From positions 1 through 32,000 of the forward strand of contig JBHLRO010000021.1 in assembly GCA_048882505.1 (NCBI GenBank): a stretch of 32,000 bases of DNA, in the 5' to 3' direction. The DNA is from Candidatus Thorarchaeota archaeon (GTDB taxonomy: Archaea > Asgardarchaeota > Heimdallarchaeia > Hodarchaeales > Hodarchaeaceae). The notes beneath the pieces were generated by a model. It did not search any database, was not told the DNA's origin, and saw only the letters and a program-made list of their open reading frames with translations. Of the stretch, positions 25,297 through 32,000 are shown one piece after another. How positions within the stretch are numbered: position 1 is the stretch's first letter; every line of letters begins with the position of its first letter. The translations under genes were made by a program, and so were the position numbers.

Positions 25297-26901
25297 ATGG
25301 TTGTGTTAAAGAGCAAGGTGGATATTGAATCCGAACAATACAAGCAAAACTATGAGTACTATCAAACTCTGTTAAAGGAGTGCAAAGAAAAGCTAGAAGC
25401 GGCACGGGAAGGAAATCCGAAATATGTCCAGAAACACCTCGATAGAGGAAAGATGCTTGCTAGACAACGGATTCAAATGATCTTAGATCCTGAAACACCT
25501 TTTATGGAACTAAGCCCTCTCGCAGCCAATGGAATGTACAATGACGAGGTGCCTTACGCAGGAATTGTGACAGGCATAGGTTTGGTCGCTGGCAGAGAGG
25601 TTATGTTTGTAGCTAATGATGCCACTATCAAGGGAGGATCTTATCTCCCAATGACGGTTAAAAAGCATATAAGAGCCCAAGAAATAGCAGAAGAGAATTG
25701 TTTACCTTGTGTTTACCTGGTAGACTCTGGAGGAGCATTTCTTCCGTTACAAGCCGAGGTGTTTCCCGATAAACTCCATTTTGGAAGAATCTTTTACAAC
25801 CAAGCTCAGATGTCCATGAAGGGAATTCCGCAGATCAGTGCGGTCATGGGATCTTGTACTGCGGGCGGGGCGTATGTCCCTGCAATGTCGGATGAGACCA
25901 TAATTGTCAAAGATATCGGTACGATCTTTTTAGGAGGCCCTCCTCTTGTGAAGGCTGCTACAGGTGAGGAAATATCGGCAAATGAACTAGGAGGTGCCGA
26001 TGTTCACTGCCGAACCTCTGGTGTCTCCGACCATTATGCCCAAAACGATGAACACGCTTTACGTATAACTAGGGATATTATAGATCATTTAAACCTCCCC
26101 CCAAAAACCAGATTGGATGTAAAAACCCCAGAGGAACCATTATACGATATTCATGAGATTTATGGCATATTACCAAAAGATCCTAAGCAAATCTACGATG
26201 TTCATGAAATAATAGCTCGTTTGGTGGACGGATCCCGATTTCATGAGTTCAAGGCCCTTTACGGTACAACCTTGGTGTGTGGTTTTGCCCATATTTTTGG
26301 GTATCCAGTAGGAATCCTTGCAAATAATGGGGTTTTGTTTTCAGAGTCAGCATTGAAAGCAGCACACTTCATAAATTTATCTTGTCAGCGGAAAATTCCA
26401 CTGATCTTCCTTCAAAACATAACCGGATTTGTTGTTGGGAGCGTTGCGGAAGCAGGCGGTATAGCTAAAGATGGGGCTAAAATGGTGATGGCTGTAAGTA
26501 ATGCAAGCGTTCCCAAGATTACAGTAATCATTGGAGGGTCCTATGGCGCAGGTAACTATGGGATGGCAGGTCGGGCTTACGCTCCTCGTTTCCTTTATAT
26601 GTGGCCAAATGCACGTATAAGCGTTATGGGGGGAGACCAAGCTGCAAAGGTTCTGGCAACGGTTAAAGAAATACAATATTCATCCCAAGGCAAGGAACTA
26701 AGTTCAGAAGAGAAGGAGGAGATTATGAAACCAATTATTGAAAAGTACGAACGCGAGGGCAGCCCTTACTATTCCACCGCGCGGCTTTGGGATGATGGGA
26801 TCATACTGCCGCATGACACGAGGAATGTACTGGCGCTATCTATCTCTACGACACTAAATGCTCCTATTCCTGACTCGAAATTTGGAGTTTTCAGAATGTA
26901 A
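25297..26901 (+). CDS. liuB: 3-methylcrotonyl-CoA carboxylase carboxyltransferase (beta) subunit
   Basis: [65 protein letters not shown]; 534 aa from ATG25297. These fit the MCC-beta rather than PCC-beta subfamily. Confidence 0.88.
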   Translation: MVVLKSKVDIESEQYKQNYEYYQTLLKECKEKLEAAREGNPKYVQKHLDRGKMLARQRIQMILDPETPFMELSPLAANGMYNDEVPYAGIVTGIGLVAGREVMFVANDATIKGGSYLPMTVKKHIRAQEIAEENCLPCVYLVDSGGAFLPLQAEVFPDKLHFGRIFYNQAQMSMKGIPQISAVMGSCTAGGAYVPAMSDETIIVKDIGTIFLGGPPLVKAATGEEISANELGGADVHCRTSGVSDHYAQNDEHALRITRDIIDHLNLPPKTRLDVKTPEEPLYDIHEIYGILPKDPKQIYDVHEIIARLVDGSRFHEFKALYGTTLVCGFAHIFGYPVGILANNGVLFSESALKAAHFINLSCQRKIPLIFLQNITGFVVGSVAEAGGIAKDGAKMVMAVSNASVPKITVIIGGSYGAGNYGMAGRAYAPRFLYMWPNARISVMGGDQAAKVLATVKEIQYSSQGKELSSEEKEEIMKPIIEKYEREGSPYYSTARLWDDGIILPHDTRNVLALSISTTLNAPIPDSKFGVFRM

Positions 26902-26926
26902 TTCGTAGGCAAGGTGGAATATTGAA

Positions 26927-27739
26927 ATGACGTTTTTCCAAACAATTAAAATGGAAATTATCGATCAAGGGATCGCTCGAATTGCACTGGGTCGGGGAGA
27001 CATCCATAATGCTTTTGATTCCCGTATGATTCAAGAATTGACTCAGGTGTTCACAGATCTTGGTACAAAGGAATCCATTAGGGTTATTATCTTAACTGGA
27101 GAAGGTAGGTCGTTTTCTGCTGGTGCTGACATTAATTATATGAAAAAAAGCCAAACCTATTCTTATGAGGATAACTATAACGATGCAGTCCGATTAGAAA
27201 ACCTTTTTCATACCATATATTCAAGTCCGAAACCCGTGGTAGGCCGCATAAATGGTTCCGCGATTGGGGGCGGCATCGGTCTAGTTTCATCATGTGATAT
27301 TGCAGTTGCAGTAGAGCGAGCCAAATTTGCCTTTTCCGAAGTTAACTTGGGCATTCTTCCCGCAGTTATAAGCCCATATGTGATCCAAAAAATCGGATTT
27401 TCGCATGCTCGCAGGTACTTTCTTACTGGAGAACTCTTCATAGCTCAAAGGGCGTTAGAGATAGGCCTAATCCAAGAATTGGCGAGTGATGAAAAAAGCC
27501 TGGATGCAAAAGTAACTGAAATCATTGATAACTTACTTACAAGTGGCCCAGTGGCTATTAAGGAGATCAAGAAACTTCTAAAAGAGAATTGGATCATGGA
27601 TCTGGATTCACTCCGAGAATATTGCATCGAAGCAATTGCAACCATAAGAACCTCAGATGAGGGAAAAGAAGGATTGGCAGCTTTTCTTGAGAAAAGAGAT
27701 AGCTACTGGAAAGCTGCCTCTTTGAGAAAATCTCCATAG
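26927..27739 (+). CDS. liuC: Enoyl-CoA hydratase family, methylglutaconyl-CoA hydratase-like
   Basis: FSAGADIN, AIGGGIGLVSSCDIA, FSEVNLGILPAVISPYV (one-Glu crotonase subgroup), EGKEGLAAFLEKR. Directly downstream of MCC-beta. Confidence 0.8.
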   Translation: MTFFQTIKMEIIDQGIARIALGRGDIHNAFDSRMIQELTQVFTDLGTKESIRVIILTGEGRSFSAGADINYMKKSQTYSYEDNYNDAVRLENLFHTIYSSPKPVVGRINGSAIGGGIGLVSSCDIAVAVERAKFAFSEVNLGILPAVISPYVIQKIGFSHARRYFLTGELFIAQRALEIGLIQELASDEKSLDAKVTEIIDNLLTSGPVAIKEIKKLLKENWIMDLDSLREYCIEAIATIRTSDEGKEGLAAFLEKRDSYWKAASLRKSP

Positions 27740-27772
27740 ACATCAGACGAGCGGTTAGGATCGGGTTAAAAC

Positions 27773-28546
27773 GTGAAAACACTGTTAGAATATGATAATG
27801 TTCCACCAGATCCCAACGTGACTTCGGCTCCCTATTTAGTATTTATACATGGGGCAGGTGAGGACAAAACTCAATGGAAATACCAGATACCGTTTTTTCT
27901 ACAACTTGGATGGGGAATTCTAGCGCTGTCTCTTCCTGGACACGGGGGCAGCCCGGACATTCCATCAACCTCAATTTTGGAGTACGCTAAGATAGTATAT
28001 GAGATTATCACTTCCTTGAATCTTCGAAACGTGACACTAGTTGGTCGTAGCATGGGAGGAGCCGTATCCATGCAAATAATTCTCAAATACAAATCGCTCC
28101 GTATAAAAAGAGCCTCTTTAATCGCAACAGGAGCAAAACTTAGAGTTGCGCCGCTTTTTTTCGATTTGATATCTGAGGATTTCGATAATTACAGGAGAGT
28201 CTCTGTAGAATATATGTTCGACAAGGACGCCGCAGCAGAAATCAAAGAGGAATACGATAAGGAACTAAAAAGAAACGGGAAAGAAATACTTGTTAAAGAT
28301 TTCAAGGCCTGCGATCAATTCGATGTTCTATCAAAACTTCCACAAATCCAGATACCGTCGCTTATTATCTGTGGAGAAAATGATAAAATGACACCAGTTA
28401 AGTATTCTAAATATCTGCACAAAAACCTGGGAGGAAAATCTCGCTTGGAAATTATTTCTCGTGCCGGTCACTACGTCCATCAGTCCGCATTCAATGTTGT
28501 AAATCAGTTAATCTACGAATTCCATCACGGAAATGGGAATTCCTAA
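27773..28546 (+). CDS. Alpha/beta hydrolase
   Basis: FIHGAG oxyanion motif, LPGHGGS, nucleophile elbow GRSMGG, GENDKMTP (Asp), AGHYVH (His). Confidence 0.9.
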   Translation: MKTLLEYDNVPPDPNVTSAPYLVFIHGAGEDKTQWKYQIPFFLQLGWGILALSLPGHGGSPDIPSTSILEYAKIVYEIITSLNLRNVTLVGRSMGGAVSMQIILKYKSLRIKRASLIATGAKLRVAPLFFDLISEDFDNYRRVSVEYMFDKDAAAEIKEEYDKELKRNGKEILVKDFKACDQFDVLSKLPQIQIPSLIICGENDKMTPVKYSKYLHKNLGGKSRLEIISRAGHYVHQSAFNVVNQLIYEFHHGNGNS

Positions 28547-28573
28547 GGTATTTCAACTCAAGAGGATTTTAAC

Positions 28574-29854
28574 ATGTATAATATGGTTGAGGTACGATTT
28601 GTCGATATTAATGGCCGTCTAAAGGCAATGAATTGCCCTCTCGAAAAACCCGTGGATAATATTCAGGATGTAAAAGAGGACTCGATCTTTATCGAAGGTG
28701 TAAACATTGATGGCAGCTCAGTATCTGGTTTTACTCCGTTAGAGAGTTCAGACCTTCATTTAAAACCTATTAGTGAAACTTTGATTGATTTACCTTATAC
28801 TTCCGATCCCAAACTAGCAGTTATGTGCGAAATCACTCAGGCTGGAGAAACTTTTGCAGGAGACACACGATCACGGCTAGTAGATGTAATTAAGGAGCAC
28901 TTAACACCAAGAAGTTGGGAATTAAAGATAGGGCCCGAACCAGAATTTTATCTTTTAAAGGATGGGGAGTCAGTGGATAGCGGGAAATATGCTGATGTGT
29001 TTCCTGATAGCATTGCTGCTGGAATGATTAAAAGATTTTCGCGTTATATGAGCAAGGCTGGCCTATTTCCGAGAGTACATCACCATGAGGTAGGACCAGG
29101 ACAGTATGAGGTGGAAATCGGATTTATGGACGCAGTTAGCATTGCTGATGCCATCGTCACCTATAAAGCTATGATCCGTGCTCTCGCTCATAAAAATGGT
29201 CATGTTGCCACCTTCATGCCTAAACCTTTCTTTGGGAAAGCGGGGAATGGGATGCATTTTCACACCTCGCTCTGGAAGGGGGTGGATAACCTATTCGGTA
29301 AAGAGAAGGCTAATGAGATATCCCAATTAGGACAACATTTCATGGCAGGAATCATGGAACATGCTCAAGCGCTAACTGCAATTGTAGCTCCTACTATTAA
29401 TTCCTATAAACGATTAGTGCCGGGCTATGAAGCTCCAGTGTACGTAGCATGGGCCCCCTTAAACCGATCTGCTCTGATTCGTATACCCGAGTTTGGTAAA
29501 CCCAATCTGGCACGTTTTGAATATCGTTGTCCTGATCCCAGTACTAATCCATATTTGTCATTTACCGCTCTTATAGCAGCAGGAACCGATGGTATTGACC
29601 GTGAGTTAGAACTACCTCCCCCTGTCGGGCAAAATATTTACAAGCTTTCTCCTAAAGAACGCGAAGAATTATCGATTCAAACTCTTCCTGGCAACTTGTT
29701 CGAAGCAGTGGACCACTTGAAACGAGACAGACTCCTTAGAGCTGCTCTTGGTCACCATATATACAACGCCTTTGTAAAAGCTAAAAAAAGAGAATGGGAA
29801 CAATATTCCACGCAAGTAACCGATTGGGACTGGATAAACTATGTGAATGTCTAG
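28574..29854 (+). CDS. glnA: Glutamine synthetase type I (alpha-like)
   Basis: IDGSS, GPEPEFY, HHEVGPGQYE, ATFMPKPFFGKAGNGMHFH, NSYKRLVPGYEAP, NRSALIRIP, RFEYRCPDPSTNPYL. Confidence 0.95.
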   Translation: MYNMVEVRFVDINGRLKAMNCPLEKPVDNIQDVKEDSIFIEGVNIDGSSVSGFTPLESSDLHLKPISETLIDLPYTSDPKLAVMCEITQAGETFAGDTRSRLVDVIKEHLTPRSWELKIGPEPEFYLLKDGESVDSGKYADVFPDSIAAGMIKRFSRYMSKAGLFPRVHHHEVGPGQYEVEIGFMDAVSIADAIVTYKAMIRALAHKNGHVATFMPKPFFGKAGNGMHFHTSLWKGVDNLFGKEKANEISQLGQHFMAGIMEHAQALTAIVAPTINSYKRLVPGYEAPVYVAWAPLNRSALIRIPEFGKPNLARFEYRCPDPSTNPYLSFTALIAAGTDGIDRELELPPPVGQNIYKLSPKEREELSIQTLPGNLFEAVDHLKRDRLLRAALGHHIYNAFVKAKKREWEQYSTQVTDWDWINYVNV

Positions 29855-30101
29855 AAAATCCAAACGGCCCTAAAGGTCAATCATAATGAGGATATCTATT
29901 GTAAACGACTTGAATCCCTGAGATAAAGTAGTTTCAACAGCAACGTGATGGTTCCTTACAGCTGAAATGGCTTTTTGGATTTTTTAGCTGCATTTTAGGA
30001 TCACCTACACATAATCAATGGTTGGTTTAAAGGAAAAGTTGAACATTATGAATTCGGAACGTAATTTAGATTAATGACCATGAGGTGTCACAAAACGCAG
30101 A

Positions 30102-30111
30102 TTATATATAA
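30102..30111 (+). promoter_or_regulatory. TATA box for the glutaminase-nadE pair
   Basis: TTATATATAA preceded by purine-rich CAAAACGCAGA, about 40-48 bp upstream of ATG30150. Confidence 0.55.
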
Positions 30112-30149
30112 AAAATGGGCTTAATTCCCTAATGGATGATGGATAGAAG

Positions 30150-30980
30150 ATGGAGATTCAAGTAGCTGCAGCACAGGTAAGGTCTGTCCAGGCCGATCCT
30201 GAGGCGAATTTTGAAATAATGGAAGAAGCGTGTAAAAGGCCAGAGATATCTTCATATGATCACGCCCTTTTGGTTTTCCCAGAAATGTGTGTTACAGGCT
30301 ATCTAATGCATGATGACATTTTTACACTGGCGGAACCAGTACCAAAAGGAGGGTATTGCGAAAGGTTGGCAGAACTTGCCAAGGAGTATGATTGCCATAT
30401 TATAGCAGGAATGCCCGAAGGACCACTGCCTGGAGTAATTTATAACACGGCGGTATGTTTTGGCCCGAAAGGATATTTGGGGAAGAGCCGTAAGATATTA
30501 TTGCCAAATCATTCTGTTTTCAATGAAAAACGATATTATAGAGAAGCAACTGAAATTGGAGTCATAGATACTCCTTTGGGGAGGATTGGTATGCAGATTT
30601 GTTATGACATTTTCAGTCCTGAAATAACCCGAGCTCATGCTTTCCTCGGTGCTCATACAAGTATTTGTATTTCAGCATCTCCTGGAGTTCGTAGAAAATA
30701 TTTTGAAACATTCCTCCCTGCAAGAGCAATGGAAAACACTATCAATTTGGTGTATGTTAACCAGTCAGGAGTTCAAGACGATTTGATATTTTGGGGGGGC
30801 TCGGAAATTCGGACGGCCACAGGACAGCGAATCCTCAAATTGAAGTATGACGAACCCGATTTTGGGATCGCACGATTGGATACCGAAGCTGCACGGGTGG
30901 CACGACCGTTTGTACCCACTTTGAGAAATGTCCCACCTTGGATTTATGAAAGCTTGGAAAAAGGAAGCCGTCAATTATGA
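30150..30980 (+). CDS. Carbon-nitrogen hydrolase (nitrilase fold), likely glutaminase partner of NAD synthetase
   Basis: E-K-C triad: VFPEMCVTGY, SRKILLPNHSVFNEKRYY, QICYDIF. The LPNxxVFxEKRY loop matches NadE glutaminase domains. ATGA overlap with nadE. Confidence 0.85.
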   Translation: MEIQVAAAQVRSVQADPEANFEIMEEACKRPEISSYDHALLVFPEMCVTGYLMHDDIFTLAEPVPKGGYCERLAELAKEYDCHIIAGMPEGPLPGVIYNTAVCFGPKGYLGKSRKILLPNHSVFNEKRYYREATEIGVIDTPLGRIGMQICYDIFSPEITRAHAFLGAHTSICISASPGVRRKYFETFLPARAMENTINLVYVNQSGVQDDLIFWGGSEIRTATGQRILKLKYDEPDFGIARLDTEAARVARPFVPTLRNVPPWIYESLEKGSRQL

Positions 30981-31825
30981 AACTTCCCTCCATCGATATT
31001 CCTAGGACGATTCGGCTAATTCAAAACTTTATACAGGTTCGAGTCAAAGAAGCGGAGGCTGAAGGAGTTATAATCGGTTTGAGTGGGGGTATTGATTCCG
31101 CAGTTGTTACAACACTTGCCGTTAATGCGTTAGGATCCGAAAATGTACATGTTCTGTTCTTGCCAAGCGTGAGCACTCCCAAATCCGATGTTGAGGACGT
31201 AAACCAAATTTGTGCTGGATTGGGATTGATCCCCACGATTGTAGATATTCAAAAAATAATTGAGACATATTCTTCCATAATTCGAGAAACCGAACAGCCT
31301 TCACGTTTGGAATGGATGAATTTCAAGCCTCGTGTACGGCAAAGTATTGGGTATTTTTATGCAAACCGATTGAATTGCTTGGTTTGTGGGACGGGTAATA
31401 AGAGTGAGCTGATGATTGGATACTTCACGAAATACGGCGATGGTGCTGCTGATATATTGCCGATCGGAGACGTATACAAAACCCAGGTATATCAACTGGG
31501 TGACGCTCTGGAAATTCCCCAAAATATACTGAAAAAGGTTCCATCAGCGGGATTAATTGAAGGACAGACTGATGAAGAAGAAATTGGGATATCTTACAGA
31601 AATTTAGACTTGATCCTTTCAGGACTTGAACGATTTCAAACTCCTAGAGAGGTATCTGCGAATCTCGGATTTGACATTGACGAAGTCAAGAAAGTTGAAC
31701 GCATGTTATACAGCAGTGAGCACAAACGACGAGGCCCCATCGTCTTCAAGATCGGGGTTAGAACACCCCACCACGATTGGCGAATCCCCCTGGTTCCCCC
31801 GAATCGCCTTGAAACAATCAAATGA
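30977..31825 (+). CDS. nadE: NAD+ synthetase (synthetase domain)
   Basis: GLSGGIDSAV, GTGNKSE..IGYFTKYGDG, PIGDVYKTQV, PSAGL...QTDEEEIG, SEHKR, plus an extended C-terminal tail. Confidence 0.95.
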   Translation: MKLPSIDIPRTIRLIQNFIQVRVKEAEAEGVIIGLSGGIDSAVVTTLAVNALGSENVHVLFLPSVSTPKSDVEDVNQICAGLGLIPTIVDIQKIIETYSSIIRETEQPSRLEWMNFKPRVRQSIGYFYANRLNCLVCGTGNKSELMIGYFTKYGDGAADILPIGDVYKTQVYQLGDALEIPQNILKKVPSAGLIEGQTDEEEIGISYRNLDLILSGLERFQTPREVSANLGFDIDEVKKVERMLYSSEHKRRGPIVFKIGVRTPHHDWRIPLVPPNRLETIK

Positions 31826-32000
31826 ATTACGGCTGGAAAGAAATTCCTCTTTCAATCTGGCTTCAGACGATTCAGTTACGGAAACCTATTTTCATCACAT
31901 TCTCTCCGAGCTGAATTGAGCGGAAAAGGCTCCTCCTGAACCTCTTTTTAGGTATATGATCGTGATTTATGAATCAAGGTCGGCCCCATTCAGCGCCATC

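Noticed and set aside
5405-31825. Functional link between larB/larC and nadE through the shared substrate NaAD
   Set aside because: About 23 kb apart, opposite strands, many unrelated genes between them; no sequence evidence of co-regulation.
481-31919. Numerous 60-156 aa ORFs in the track nested in or antisense to confident genes (e.g. 5271-5720, 8475-8867, 9808-10239, 12940-13410, 18619-18972, 31626-31919)
   Set aside because: Shadow frames of well-supported CDSs, with no motifs of their own.
31822-32000. 30-codon ORF overlapping the nadE stop (31822-31914) and short minus-strand frames at the right edge
   Set aside because: Too short and truncated by the window to support a call.
1-32000. 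CRISPR arrays, tRNA/rRNA genes, intact transposases, integrases or defence-system genes
   Set aside because: No regularly spaced direct repeats, cloverleaf or rRNA signatures, or full-length mobile or defence ORFs were recognised.

Overview
A gene-dense, AT-rich archaeal chromosomal segment, most likely from an Asgard archaeon (Heimdallarchaeia-like; inferred from a gelsolin-domain protein, two longin/uDENN-like proteins, archaeal Nep1 and a GvpD-type ATPase). About 30 CDSs: nep1-yjjX plus hypothetical genes, a divergent pair of winged-HTH regulators, a gelsolin/Zn-ribbon fusion, a larC-larB-YkgJ operon, a tandem longin/roadblock-like protein, an Fpg/Nei glycosylase, an ACD-alpha / APH-fold kinase / mtnA / class-V PLP enzyme cluster, a GvpD/KaiC-like ATPase, a beta-CASP nuclease with a long unexplained N-terminal domain, a CPBP protease, a large helical protein next to a uDENN-TPR protein, a methylcrotonyl-CoA carboxylase (leucine catabolism) cluster, glnA, and a split glutaminase + NadE pair. 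No rRNA, tRNA, CRISPR array or intact mobile element was seen. The main unexplained non-coding stretch is 15783-16406. All family calls come from motif recognition by eye; no database searches were run.
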